Positions 17,093 through 28,658 of a stretch of 34,651 bases of DNA are shown one piece after another; position 1 is the stretch's first letter; every line of letters starts with the position of its first letter. This DNA comes from a virus (Duplodnaviria > Caudoviricetes). The notes under the pieces were generated by a model. It was not told the origin of the DNA and ran no database searches. It worked only from the letters and a program-made list of their open reading frames with translations. Both the position numbers and the translations under genes were made by a program. The stretch is taken from positions 1 to 34,651 of IMG/VR virus record IMGVR_UViG_3300043443_000352. One strand, 5' to 3'.

Positions 17093-19982
17093 TGGCACTC
17101 TCTGACAACTTCGCATATGTTGACGTTAAAGGTCCAGGACCCCAAGGTCCAGCAGGACCAACAGGCCCAGCGGGGCCAGCTGGCGGTCCGACTGGTCCCA
17201 CTGGTGCAACTGGCCCAACTGGTGCAACTGGTTCTACTGGTTCCACTGGTCCAACTGGTGCAACTGGTGCAGATAGCACCGTCCCAGGCCCAACTGGCGC
17301 AACTGGTGCAACTGGACCTACTGGCGCAACTGGTGTAGCAGGTAGAGACGGTATCGATGGCGTAGACGGAGCTACTGGCCCAACTGGTGCCCCAGGGTCT
17401 ATAGGAGCTACTGGACCAACTGGTGCTCAAGGTTTACCTGGACTATCAATAACTGGCCCTACTGGTGTCACTGGTCCAACTGGTGCAGCAGGACCTACTG
17501 GCGCAACTGGTGCAACTGGTGCAGCAGGTCTATCTATAACTGGTCCAACAGGAGCAGCTGGTTCAGCTGGACCAACTGGTCCGACTGGTGCAACTGGTGC
17601 AGCAGGTATTCCTGGTGCTTCTATAACTGGTCCGACGGGTGCTACTGGTGCAACTGGACCTACAGGTGCTCAGGGACCTATAGGACCTACAGGTGCTGCT
17701 GGAGCCGACGGTTTAAATGGTGTAGACGGTGTAGATGGTGTAGATGGTGCTACTGGTGCCACTGGTCCAACGGGTGCTCAAGGTCCAACTGGAGCTCAGG
17801 GTCCGACTGGTGCAACTGGTGCAGCAGGTCTATCTATAACTGGTCCAACAGGAGCTCAGGGGCCGATAGGACCCACAGGTGCCACAGGTGCTACAGGGTC
17901 TCAGGGTATCCCTGGTCTATCTATAACTGGTCCAACTGGCGCAACTGGGCCTACAGGTCCAACTGGTGCTATAGGCCCAACTGGTGCGCAGGGTATTCCT
18001 GGATTGCAAGGTATTCAAGGCGCAACTGGGCCTACAGGTCCAACTGGTGCTACAGGTGCTGAAGGCAATTTCTATGTATCCTCTTCTCCTCCTCTAAATC
18101 CAGAGGCTGGTGATGCTTGGTTCAATGATTCAGAAGCAAAGTTCTATTTCTTCTATGACGGCTTCTGGATTGAAGTAAATGCCAACAGAGTTGGTGCAAC
18201 TGGTCCAACTGGTGCAACTGGTCCAACTGGTGCAACTGGTCCACAAGGTACCAGTATTAATTTCGTGGGGACTGTAGCTTCTGCAAACGACTTACCTCAG
18301 ACTGGCAACGAGCCCAATGATGCTTATATTGTCAGCTCTGATGGCGATCTATATGTGTGGGATGGAACCACCTGGGGGTCAGTAGGTCAGATTGTCGGAC
18401 CTCAGGGGGAAATTGGTCCAACAGGTCCAACTGGTGCGACTGGAGATACTGGTCCCGTAGGACCAACTGGAGCCTTAGGTCCTACGGGATCTACTGGTGC
18501 TAGCAACGAACTGACAGTAGGTAACGTTTACACTGGAACTCCAGGTGGAGATGCTCAAGTAACCATCACTGGAGACTCGCCTTCTCAGGTTCTAGAGTTC
18601 ATAATTCCTCAGGGTCCAACTGGCGCTACTGGCGACACGGGACCTATAGGGCCTCAAGGTGAAGTTGGTCCGACAGGGCCAATAGGCATAACTGGAGATA
18701 CTGGACCAATCGGCCCTACTGGACCCCAAGGGGACGTAGGACCAATCGGCCCTACTGGAGCCACTGGACCTACTGGACAGAGGGGTACATATACTGTATC
18801 TGATACTCCTCCAGCAGAACCAATTCAAGGTGACTCTTGGTTCAACACTTCTACTGCAAAATTCTTTATCTACTACGATAACTTCTGGATTGAAGTTGCC
18901 ACCACCGAGCAAGGACCTACAGGCCCACAAGGTGAAGTAGGACCAACTGGCCCAACTGGGCCGCAGGGCGAACAGGGTATCCAGGGTGAAGAGGGACCAA
19001 TTGGCCCAACAGGTGCTCAGGGATTAGATGCATTTATTTGGGATTCAAATAGGGTTTACCCAAATGGATATCAGCCAGGCGAAATAGTATTCTACGGTGG
19101 TCTTTACTATATCTGTCTCGCCGAGAATGATGCGATAGCTCCAACAGCAGAGGGCGCTATCGGAGTCTACTGGAACAACTTCTCATTTATCGGTCCAACT
19201 GGACCACAAGGACCTCAAGGCCCAACTGGACCTCAAGGATTAGAAGGGTTAGTAGGACCTACTGGTCCTACTGGTGCAGATAGTACAGTGCCTGGTCCGA
19301 CTGGTCCTACTGGTGCAACAGGCCCCCAAGGACCTGCTGGATCTCTTGCCGAAGCTTCCTACATTCAGTTTGATACCACATACACAGGTGGAGCTACCGA
19401 AGTAGGTATGCTTGCTTGGAACCCAGATATGGAGACTGTTGACGTAAAACTCAACGGAGCAACTCTCCAGCTTGGACAAGAGCACCTAATTCGAGTAAAA
19501 AATGCTTCTGGGACTACACCCATTGCAGACTTCACTCCAGTGATGTTTGTTGGATCTACTGGTGACACCGTGACCGTTGCACCAGCAGTTGCAGATGGTA
19601 CAGTACCAGCAGAATATATTGTTGGTGTTACAACTGAAGAGATTCCAGCTGATGGATTCGGGTTTGCTACTCAGTTTGGGTTTATCAACAATATAAATAC
19701 TGAAAACTACCCAGTAGGATCGATGCTCTACGTAGACCCACTTGTGCCTGGCGGTTGGACTACAACTATGCCAGCAGCGCCAGCTTGGAAGACTGCCTTT
19801 GCTGCCGTAACTAGACAGCACGCACAAACTGGTAGAGCTCTAGTTCGTGCAATCTTTGGTCTAGCTCTTAACGACCTAAATACAGTAAACGTCCCTAACC
19901 CACAGGACGGCGACATGCTATCGTATGACTCGGCTTCAGGCACATGGGTGAACGTGAGCGTTGTTGATGGAGGAACCCCATA

Positions 19983-19983
<1 letters not shown>
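17092..19983 (+). CDS. Collagen-like (Gly-Pro/Ala-Thr) fibre protein, 963 aa
   Basis: Long GPT/GAT/GPQ triplet runs interrupted by small globular modules: PxNPxxGDxWFN..FYDxFWIE x2, [17 protein letters not shown], and a CBM5/12-like [17 protein letters not shown]. Confidence 0.9.
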
Positions 19984-20990
<1,007 letters not shown>

Positions 20991-21043
20991 ATGAAGTTGG
21001 TACGAGTTTATTCAGTGTTTAACATAGAAAATAGGACGACACC

Positions 21044-22396
21044 GTGGCAGCATTAAATTTTCCAGATAATCCAGTTGTAGGTACTACGTATCAGCCAGAG
21101 GTTGATGGTCCAATTTGGACTTGGAATGGCGACTACTGGGACGTGACCTCGACCCAGTTAGGTCCAACTGGACCTGCAGGACCTACTGGTCCTAGAGGCG
21201 CTGCTGGGACAAGCATACAGTTTAAAGGCTCTGTTATAGCTTTAGGTAATCTACCTACTAATGCTCAGGCTAACCACGCATATATAAATAATGAAGACGG
21301 AAATCTTTATGTATACGACGGAGAAACCTGGACTGACGCTGGACAGATTGTAGGTCCGCAGGGTGAAGTTGGCCCGACAGGCCCTACTGGAGCAGCTGGA
21401 CCAACGGGACCACAGGGAGACACGGGGGCCGAAGGTCCACAGGGTACGACTGGACCTCAGGGTATTGCAGGCGCAACAGGAGATACTGGTCCAACAGGTC
21501 CTGCTGGATTAGACGGAGCTACTGGTCCTCAGGGGGCCGCTGGACTAGATGGCGCAGATGGTCAAGACGGTGCAGCAGCAACTGTAGCAATTGGTTCAAT
21601 AACTACTGGTGCTCCTGGTACCCAGGCCTATGTAGCCAACTCTGGCACTGCAACCTACGCAATATTAGATTTCACGATACCTCGCGGTGAAATTGGAGCA
21701 ACTGGTCCAACTGGTCCCGCTGGAGCTGATGGTTTAAATGGTGTAGATGGTCAAAATGGACTAGATGGTGCATCATTTACTATATTAAGTTCATTTAACA
21801 CAACTAGCGAGTTCAATCTAGCCACGCTGGCAAATGAAGCTGGAACAGCTTACATTGTAGATGGGCATCTTTATTTCTGGAATACCATCTCTGAAGTCTA
21901 TGATGATCTGGGGTCTATACAAGGTCCAACTGGTCCTACTGGGCCACAGGGCACTGACATTCACTTCGCTGGGTCAGTCACAACCGCAGCACAATTACCT
22001 ACAGTTGCTGATGTTAATGACGCATATATCAACGATGAAGATGGAAACCTGTATGTATATAACGGATCATCTTGGACAGATGCTGGCCAAATCGTGGGTC
22101 CACAGGGGCCGACTGGTGCCACTGGAGGTATTGGCCCAACAGGCCCAGCGGGAGTGTACTCAACGCTATCTCCAGTAGTTATTAGCAACGATCAAATTTC
22201 TATAAAAGAAAATCCAACATTTACTGGAACAGTTACGGCTGACTCATTCTCTGGATCTTTGACAGGAGATGTGACTGGAAACGTAGTTGGCACCGCTACT
22301 GACTCACAGAAAGTCGGTGGACGAACTATTTTCGTGCAGAGTTCCGCTCCTACGTCGGGAATGGCACACGGCGACATTTGGATCGACATTCCTTAG
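21044..22396 (+). CDS. Collagen-like fibre protein, 450 aa
   Basis: GTG start after [12 protein letters not shown]...WTWNGDYW motif, GPT runs, duplicated GTxIxFxGSV...[21 protein letters not shown] module, C-terminal APT..GDIWI. Confidence 0.88.
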   Translation: MAALNFPDNPVVGTTYQPEVDGPIWTWNGDYWDVTSTQLGPTGPAGPTGPRGAAGTSIQFKGSVIALGNLPTNAQANHAYINNEDGNLYVYDGETWTDAGQIVGPQGEVGPTGPTGAAGPTGPQGDTGAEGPQGTTGPQGIAGATGDTGPTGPAGLDGATGPQGAAGLDGADGQDGAAATVAIGSITTGAPGTQAYVANSGTATYAILDFTIPRGEIGATGPTGPAGADGLNGVDGQNGLDGASFTILSSFNTTSEFNLATLANEAGTAYIVDGHLYFWNTISEVYDDLGSIQGPTGPTGPQGTDIHFAGSVTTAAQLPTVADVNDAYINDEDGNLYVYNGSSWTDAGQIVGPQGPTGATGGIGPTGPAGVYSTLSPVVISNDQISIKENPTFTGTVTADSFSGSLTGDVTGNVVGTATDSQKVGGRTIFVQSSAPTSGMAHGDIWIDIP

Positions 22397-22405
22397 GAAT
22401 TTTAG

Positions 22406-23212
22406 ATGGCATACATTGGCATTGAGGTAACATCTAATACGCCGTACTCGGTGCAAGTTAACTGCGTAGCTGGTAACGACTTAGGTGGCGCTGTTGACTG
22501 CTATTTCTATATGAATGGTGCTCAGATAGCATACTACCAATTGGCTAAAACCCAATCGATGCTTCAGTACTTAGTGACAGTGAATACTCAGCCTTCTACC
22601 CAGTACACCTTCTCGTCTATGCTAATCGGAGCAACATCTGGCACCCTCTACAATTCATACTCGACAACAGTCACAACCCCCGCACCGCCGCCTCCGTTCT
22701 TTCCCCCGTATTTTCCGCCGTATTTTCCACCATTTTTTCCACCATACTTCCCGCCTTACTTCCCGCCATTCTTTCCACCGTATTTTCCGCCCAATCCATC
22801 GTGGATTACTAGAATTTTGGCTAACACGGATGGCAACTTAGTGGAGGGTCAACCTTTCTCGGATGGGGTCTCGGCCAACTACGTTAATACTTACGCAATC
22901 TACTCTGGCTCGCTGCCAGCAGGTCTATCGCTTAACGCTTCTACTGGAGTGGTCTCTGGAACTCCAGCCCAGGGATCAGCTGGATCGTACAGCTTTGTGA
23001 TAAGTGCTAGCGGTGATGGCGGAACTATCTACACAAACACCTTGTACTTAACTGTGCTAGACGATGGCGGTAAGCTACGCGTCTACAACACAGCTACTTC
23101 CCAGTGGGAGGAGTCAACGGTGTACGTATATAACTCCAATACTTCCCAGTGGGAAGAAGGCAAGGTGTATGTATACAACAGCGCCACAGCCACCTGGGAT
23201 AAGTCCCAGTAG
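22406..23212 (+). CDS. Virion surface protein: FN3-like domain, (PPYF/PPFF)n repeat, putative Ig (He_PIG-like) domain and three VYN..W repeats
   Basis: QPSTQYTF..VTT (FN3-like), PPPPFFPPYF..., SGSLPAGLSLNASTGVVSGTP (putative Ig motif), three C-terminal VYNxxTxxW repeats. RBS AGGA. Confidence 0.8.
   Translation: MAYIGIEVTSNTPYSVQVNCVAGNDLGGAVDCYFYMNGAQIAYYQLAKTQSMLQYLVTVNTQPSTQYTFSSMLIGATSGTLYNSYSTTVTTPAPPPPFFPPYFPPYFPPFFPPYFPPYFPPFFPPYFPPNPSWITRILANTDGNLVEGQPFSDGVSANYVNTYAIYSGSLPAGLSLNASTGVVSGTPAQGSAGSYSFVISASGDGGTIYTNTLYLTVLDDGGKLRVYNTATSQWEESTVYVYNSNTSQWEEGKVYVYNSATATWDKSQ
22685..22792 (+). repeat. Second coding PPxF repeat (8 tetrads)
   Basis: PP-PPFF-PPYF-PPYF-PPFF-PPYF-PPYF-PPFF-PPYF-PP, encoded with mixed TTT/TTC, TAT/TAC and all four Pro codons. 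Confidence 0.95.
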
Positions 23213-23233
23213 CTAACTAACAACTAGACATTT

Positions 23234-23244
23234 TAGGGTAAAAT
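23234..23244 (+). promoter_or_regulatory. TAGGGTAAAAT promoter motif
   Basis: Intergenic, upstream of ATG 23277. An identical 11-mer lies on the minus strand at 28470-28480. Confidence 0.55.
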
Positions 23245-23276
23245 ATATATGTACTTTTCCCTAGTTAGGAACTGAA

Positions 23277-26200
23277 ATGCCCCTAAATTTCCCAGATAAC
23301 CCGTCAATCGGGCAGCAATTCATGTCTGGCGAATACGCCTGGGAGTGGAATGGCACTGTTTGGTCTGCTGTAGTTGCAGAATCTGGCGTGGGGCCGACTG
23401 GTCCTACTGGTCCAGCAGGTGAAGCTAGCACTGTTCCAGGGCCTACAGGAGCAACTGGTCCTCAGGGAGATACTGGTCCAATTGGCCCGACTGGAACCAC
23501 GGGAGATACTGGTCCACAAGGCATCCCTGGCGATGTTGGTCCGACTGGTCCTCAAGGGCTACAAGGCATACAAGGTGAACAAGGGTTACAGGGCATACAA
23601 GGAGAAGTAGGACCTACTGGCGCAGTGGGCGCTACTGGTGAAAAGGGTGACCGCGGAGATATCGGACCTACTGGACCTCAGGGAGTTCAAGGACTTCAAG
23701 GTGACATCGGACCTCAGGGTGAAGTTGGTCCTACTGGTCCTCAAGGAGATACTGGACCTCAGGGGCAGGTTGGGCCTCAAGGCCCTCAGGGTGAGCAAGG
23801 ACTTCAAGGACTTCAGGGGCTTCAAGGAGATATTGGCCCAACTGGTGCGACTGGCCCTCAGGGTGTTCAAGGTGTTCAGGGAGATGTAGGTCCTACTGGA
23901 CCAACTGGAGCCACGGGTCAAGGAATTGAGGTACTGGGCAGCTATCCTACCCTAGAAGACTTGCAAGCAGCCCATCCAACTGGCAACCCTGGGGATGCTT
24001 ACCTTATATCAGGCTATCTCTGCGTTTGGGATGTGCACACAAATGCCTGGCTAATTATTGGCGAGATTCAGGGGCCTACTGGTGCAACTGGTGCGACTGG
24101 ACCTACTGGTCCTCAGGGTTCTCAGGGCGAACAAGGATTACAGGGACTATCTGGACTAGACGGTGCTACAGGACCTACTGGCCCACAGGGCGAGCAAGGT
24201 ATTCAGGGACTACAGGGGCTTACAGGAGATACTGGTCCTACGGGTCCTCAGGGTGATGTTGGTCCTACAGGACCTACTGGACCACAGGGCGAGCAAGGTG
24301 TTCAGGGTATTCAAGGTATTCAAGGTGAAGTAGGACCTACAGGATCCTCTGGAATTGACGGGGCATCTTTCCAAATCCTAGGTACATTCTCTACTGAAGA
24401 AGAATTTAACTTAAGTATTCAGACAGGAGAGGCTGGAGTTGCCTACATTGTAGGCGGACACCTCTTTTTTTGGAATGCTACTACTGAAGTCTATGACGAC
24501 TTAGGGTCAATATTAGGCCCTACTGGCCCTCAAGGTGATGTTGGACTTACTGGTGATACTGGCCCTACTGGCCCTCAAGGTGATGTTGGACTTACTGGTG
24601 ATACTGGCCCTACTGGTGCAACTGGTGCGACTGGCCCTCAGGGTGAACAAGGGCTACAGGGATTGCCAGGCCTCGACGGGGCTCAAGGCGACACTGGACC
24701 TGTTGGCCCGACAGGCCCTACTGGAGCAGCTGGACCTGCTGGCACAGGTGTCCAAGAGGACCTATATAGCATCAACTCTGACATAAACACCATAGTTGGT
24801 CCATTTGCTGCTGGTGACTATATTTTATCTTTCGAAGGAGCTGGTCAAGTCACGCTTCACAGCTACACTGGTGAATTACCTAGCTTATATCCTTTAGTGG
24901 AAATCTCTAATGTAACTGAGTACTCCAAGTACCGAATATCGTTAACATCATCTATTGATGGCTTTGTGTCACTGTCTACTTTTAGCGGACGTGTGTCGAT
25001 CGCAGTTGATGCATCTGAAACTACAGCTGCTCTAATTGGTCAGATATCAATTCCAGGGGCTGATTGGACAGCACAACCTTCTAGAGTATTCCTCCCAGGC
25101 GCTTCAGATGTCCAACTGAGAGTATTAGATTACTACGACCAATTTGGATTTATTGGAATCAACTCGGGTCAGTTTGACGGTGTATTTAAGTCTCAAGACG
25201 GATACACCTGGACCTACCAGGCCATTCCTGGCCTAACTGGTAGCCCTTCTGGTATGGCTTACGGTTCTGGTAAAGGTGTAGTTGTAACTACATATACTGA
25301 CGGATTTGCATTCTCTGAAGACTCCGTTTCATGGGTGAAAATAAATCACCCTGGAGGAGCTAATGATTATGTAGCTAGCGTTGCGTATGCGCAGGGCGTA
25401 TTTGTTGCTGTTGCGGGAAACGGATATCTGTTCAGATCAACTGATGGCATCAACTGGGCATCCAGCAATCCGCTAACTTCTGGTAGCTATAGGTACAAAA
25501 TTATAAGCAATGGTACTCGGTTAGTTATCATATCTGACGGCAAAGTAGAGTACTCTGATGATGCTGGTATCAGTTGGGTAGACGTCACAGTTGCCAATAT
25601 AGCTTCCAGTGCAAGTGGAAAATATATGAATGGCATGTTTGTGACATTTGGAGGCTCTTCGTCACCTGGAACAAACATATACCACACTTCGCCAGATGGA
25701 GTTAACTGGACGCAAAGAACTATGCCAGCAACTTCAACTTGGTATAACATTGCTTACGGTAATGGCTTATACTCTGCAGTTAGCTACGATGGTTCTTACT
25801 CTTACACATCGACTGACTTAATTTCTTGGACTCAGAGAACCGCTCCATCGTCAGTTGGCCTTGCCACCATCGCAATGGGGTATGCCTTTGGTGCAGGTAG
25901 ATTTATAGCTGGTGGGTGGTGGTCACCTATGTGGATAACATCTACCGATGCTTCATCTTGGTCAGTTCTGGGCACTGTCCCTGGACAGCTTAGATATTAC
26001 GGCTTATCTACAGCTGGATCACGTCTATATCTATGTACTGATACTACTACAGCTTTCTATTCGGATGACGGCGGATCCACCTGGACTACAATAACTATGC
26101 CAGCCGATGAGCTGTATTACGTTGCGTATAAATCTGGGCTATATGTAGCTATTGGATACGGAAACTATGTATACACTTCTACCACTGGAACTGGAAGCTG

Positions 26201-27764
26201 GACTCAGCGTAGCTTTGTCGGACTGCCCAACAACGGCACCTGGTATGCAAGCGGACTAATACACAACGGCACCACCTTTGTGACACATAGTTACTTTGGT
26301 AGCTACACTTATTACTACACTTCTACAGACGGCATAACCTGGACACAACGTACCTGGCCCAATATGCCAACCAACTCTGGCCCTTACGACATGATTTGGG
26401 ACGGCAGTAAGTTCCTAGCACCTATGTGGTATGACGCATCAATTTACACCTCGGCAGATGGCGTTAACTGGACCAGAAATACTCTAAACAATACGTATTT
26501 GAATATTGCCTACGGTAATGGTAAATACGTTATGTGCGCTGCGGGCGGAAAGATTGCATACTCGACAAATGGAACATCTTGGACCGAGACCACAATCTCT
26601 TGGCCAGATGCTCAAGGTATGACAGTGTCGTTCGGTGACGGCGTCTTTGTCTTGACTAGTACCGAGACAACCGCAGCAGCCTACTCTACCGATGGAATAA
26701 GTTGGACACGGACTACTCTACCAGGTATAGGTAGATTCTGGCACACCCTAAAAGTTTCAGCAGGAGACACACCGCCTGCTGGAAAAATTTTAGTGGCTGG
26801 CTTTGGAAGTTTGATCATTGAAAGCTCTGACTCTGGTGTCACATGGTCAACATTCCACGCACCATCTACTTACAATGGCGGAAGTGTTACATACTCTAAC
26901 GGTGTATTTATGGGAGCACCTGGGACCTCGTCAGATTATGCCTATCTCTCCAATGATGGTATAAACTGGAGCAGACAGACTCTACCTAGCTCTCAAGTTT
27001 GGGCTCCTGGAGCATATAATCCCCTAACTAAAAAGTATGTATTTGCGGCAAAAAATACTTCGACTGTCGTATATAACTCTGCAACATCTACTACTTGGGC
27101 GACTGCAACATTGCCAAGTGTTCAAAACTGGTCAGAGGTTGCATATAGTAGCGAACTAGGAATTTATCTAGTATCAGCAGTTGGATCTACAGCTGCCGCA
27201 ATATCTACTAACCTATCTAGCTGGACATCAGTTACTCTTCCAGTGGCTCCTAGTTCTCCAATATCAGCAGTTGATGGCAGATTCTACTTATTTGTAGATA
27301 ATTCAGCAACCGCCTACTACTCCACCAACGGGACAACATGGTCATCGATGAGCATCCCATCTATAGTCACCTGGACTCAGGTGTTTGGCGGGCAGAATAA
27401 TACAAACTATGTAATTTTCAGTAGAACTAGCCTGACATCAATGTACTCTGAAGATGGAATATCCTGGATAGAGGCTCCTATAAAATCTAGATTCAGCGAG
27501 GTAACTAATACCAGCTGGACTAGGGGCGCATATTTTGGCAATGTTTATGTTGTAGTTGGGTCTGGAACTTATTTAGGCGCTACATACAATATTGCAGCAG
27601 TGTCTTATGATGGCATTGATTGGGAATTTGTCCCTATGGGATTAGCTAACGGTGGCACAGCCCTGATTGTAGGTACCGACGGGGTTTCAAAACTCTCAGC
27701 AATCACGAATAGACCAGAAAGATCTTACACAGCAACTAGTGTTGGATCGGTAAACCTAGCCTAG
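23277..27764 (+). CDS. Collagen-like fibre with large C-terminal Asp-box (BNR) beta-propeller region, 1495 aa; candidate receptor-binding protein
   Basis: [18 protein letters not shown]-terminus, about 450 aa of Gly-X-Y with inserted modules, then many S-x-D-G-x-x-W repeats ([37 protein letters not shown]) with (I/V)AYGNG blades. Confidence 0.88.
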   Translation: MPLNFPDNPSIGQQFMSGEYAWEWNGTVWSAVVAESGVGPTGPTGPAGEASTVPGPTGATGPQGDTGPIGPTGTTGDTGPQGIPGDVGPTGPQGLQGIQGEQGLQGIQGEVGPTGAVGATGEKGDRGDIGPTGPQGVQGLQGDIGPQGEVGPTGPQGDTGPQGQVGPQGPQGEQGLQGLQGLQGDIGPTGATGPQGVQGVQGDVGPTGPTGATGQGIEVLGSYPTLEDLQAAHPTGNPGDAYLISGYLCVWDVHTNAWLIIGEIQGPTGATGATGPTGPQGSQGEQGLQGLSGLDGATGPTGPQGEQGIQGLQGLTGDTGPTGPQGDVGPTGPTGPQGEQGVQGIQGIQGEVGPTGSSGIDGASFQILGTFSTEEEFNLSIQTGEAGVAYIVGGHLFFWNATTEVYDDLGSILGPTGPQGDVGLTGDTGPTGPQGDVGLTGDTGPTGATGATGPQGEQGLQGLPGLDGAQGDTGPVGPTGPTGAAGPAGTGVQEDLYSINSDINTIVGPFAAGDYILSFEGAGQVTLHSYTGELPSLYPLVEISNVTEYSKYRISLTSSIDGFVSLSTFSGRVSIAVDASETTAALIGQISIPGADWTAQPSRVFLPGASDVQLRVLDYYDQFGFIGINSGQFDGVFKSQDGYTWTYQAIPGLTGSPSGMAYGSGKGVVVTTYTDGFAFSEDSVSWVKINHPGGANDYVASVAYAQGVFVAVAGNGYLFRSTDGINWASSNPLTSGSYRYKIISNGTRLVIISDGKVEYSDDAGISWVDVTVANIASSASGKYMNGMFVTFGGSSSPGTNIYHTSPDGVNWTQRTMPATSTWYNIAYGNGLYSAVSYDGSYSYTSTDLISWTQRTAPSSVGLATIAMGYAFGAGRFIAGGWWSPMWITSTDASSWSVLGTVPGQLRYYGLSTAGSRLYLCTDTTTAFYSDDGGSTWTTITMPADELYYVAYKSGLYVAIGYGNYVYTSTTGTGSWTQRSFVGLPNNGTWYASGLIHNGTTFVTHSYFGSYTYYYTSTDGITWTQRTWPNMPTNSGPYDMIWDGSKFLAPMWYDASIYTSADGVNWTRNTLNNTYLNIAYGNGKYVMCAAGGKIAYSTNGTSWTETTISWPDAQGMTVSFGDGVFVLTSTETTAAAYSTDGISWTRTTLPGIGRFWHTLKVSAGDTPPAGKILVAGFGSLIIESSDSGVTWSTFHAPSTYNGGSVTYSNGVFMGAPGTSSDYAYLSNDGINWSRQTLPSSQVWAPGAYNPLTKKYVFAAKNTSTVVYNSATSTTWATATLPSVQNWSEVAYSSELGIYLVSAVGSTAAAISTNLSSWTSVTLPVAPSSPISAVDGRFYLFVDNSATAYYSTNGTTWSSMSIPSIVTWTQVFGGQNNTNYVIFSRTSLTSMYSEDGISWIEAPIKSRFSEVTNTSWTRGAYFGNVYVVVGSGTYLGATYNIAAVSYDGIDWEFVPMGLANGGTALIVGTDGVSKLSAITNRPERSYTATSVGSVNLA
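24516..24616 (+). repeat. Perfect 45-bp tandem duplication within collagen region
   Basis: ggccctactggccctcaaggtgatgttggacttactggtgatact at 24516-24560 and 24561-24605, plus a partial third copy. Confidence 0.9.
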
Positions 27765-27774
27765 GATAATAACT

Positions 27775-28026
27775 ATGAGATATGAAATAGATCAGACTTC
27801 TAAGGAAGTAAGAGTTTATGATGAAAATGATGTAGAGATTCTATATCAACCTACATGGCCAGATGGTTCCGAATGGGCTTCCTTAGAAGAAGCCACGGCC
27901 TGGGTTGACCAGTACTTGTTGAGCCGCACTGACTCTTCTTCAGAGTTAGCGGGACCTTCACCTGATAAGCCAACTGTCGCTAGACCGCCAGTATTGCCAC
28001 TGCCAGTAATACCTGGCACTGAGTAA
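27775..28026 (+). CDS. Small acidic protein after the fibre gene, possible fibre assembly factor
   Basis: RBS AGGA, 83 aa, QPTWPDGSEWAS.EEA.AW motif. Function inferred from position only. Confidence 0.6.
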   Translation: MRYEIDQTSKEVRVYDENDVEILYQPTWPDGSEWASLEEATAWVDQYLLSRTDSSSELAGPSPDKPTVARPPVLPLPVIPGTE

Positions 28027-28036
28027 CTAGTTAGAT

Positions 28037-28423
28037 TTAACTGGCTTTCTTACGTCTAATCGGCCTTTTCACTGGATCGATTAGTTCTTCACTTACAGGC
28101 GGAAAAAATACCTGCTGAGAAGACATAGAGTTAGTTGCGTTGTGCAGACCTAAGGTTAAATCTTTAATAAATTCAATCTCGGTGGAAACTTTGACAACGT
28201 GCTTCTCGATGTTGTTTACACGATCAGCTAAAGAGCTTCCACCATTTTCCCAAAGCTGGTGTTCGACTCTATCCATTCGATCCGATAGAGTTCTACCGTG
28301 CTCGTCGACGCCTAAAGCGCCATCAATTCTTTTAGCTATCCTGTATACAGCAATTACTGCACCGATAAGAACGCCTAAAGCTGTGATTGTGGCAGCTACG
28401 GCCATAATTAGTTCATTGGTCAT
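28037..28423 (-). CDS. Single-TM membrane protein with coiled coil (actinophage holin-like type)
   Basis: N-terminal hydrophobic helix LIMAVAATITALGVLIGAVIAVY followed by RIAKR, then DRMDRVE..ENGGSSLADRVNNIE. RBS TAGGA on the minus strand. Confidence 0.7.
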   Translation of the reverse strand: MTNELIMAVAATITALGVLIGAVIAVYRIAKRIDGALGVDEHGRTLSDRMDRVEHQLWENGGSSLADRVNNIEKHVVKVSTEIEFIKDLTLGLHNATNSMSSQQVFFPPVSEELIDPVKRPIRRKKAS

Positions 28424-28469
28424 GTATAATGATTCCTACAGGGTCTCGCAATTAGATTTGCCTTGATCC

Positions 28470-28480
28470 ATTTTACCCTA
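28470..28480 (-). promoter_or_regulatory. TAGGGTAAAAT promoter motif for the membrane-protein gene
   Basis: Reverse complement of attttacccta, 47 nt upstream of the minus-strand ATG at 28423. Confidence 0.55.
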
Positions 28481-28562
28481 TTAGGGTCCCCCTGATTGGG
28501 AGAGGTTTAGCCGTTAAGTTGGTCACAACTCCAATCTTTTTAGCATCTTTCGCGTTTCTAGT

Positions 28563-28590
28563 TTGCAAACGCACCTGAAAGGTGTATGCT
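28563..28590 (+). promoter_or_regulatory. Possible sigma70-type promoter for the primase module
   Basis: TTGCAA (28563-28568), 16 nt spacer, TATGCT (28585-28590), in the intergenic region before 28659. Confidence 0.35.
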
Positions 28591-28658
28591 GAAATAAAAT
28601 TTTCTATTGGAGAGAAAAATGTTCATTCTTAGTGACTTTGCAGGCAAGGTGATTCCTA

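Noticed and set aside
28024-28033. Palindrome TAACTAGTTA between convergent genes, and ACCCTA-T-TAGGGT at 28475-28487
   Set aside because: Short, single occurrences in a CTAG-rich sequence. Too weak to call as operator or terminator.
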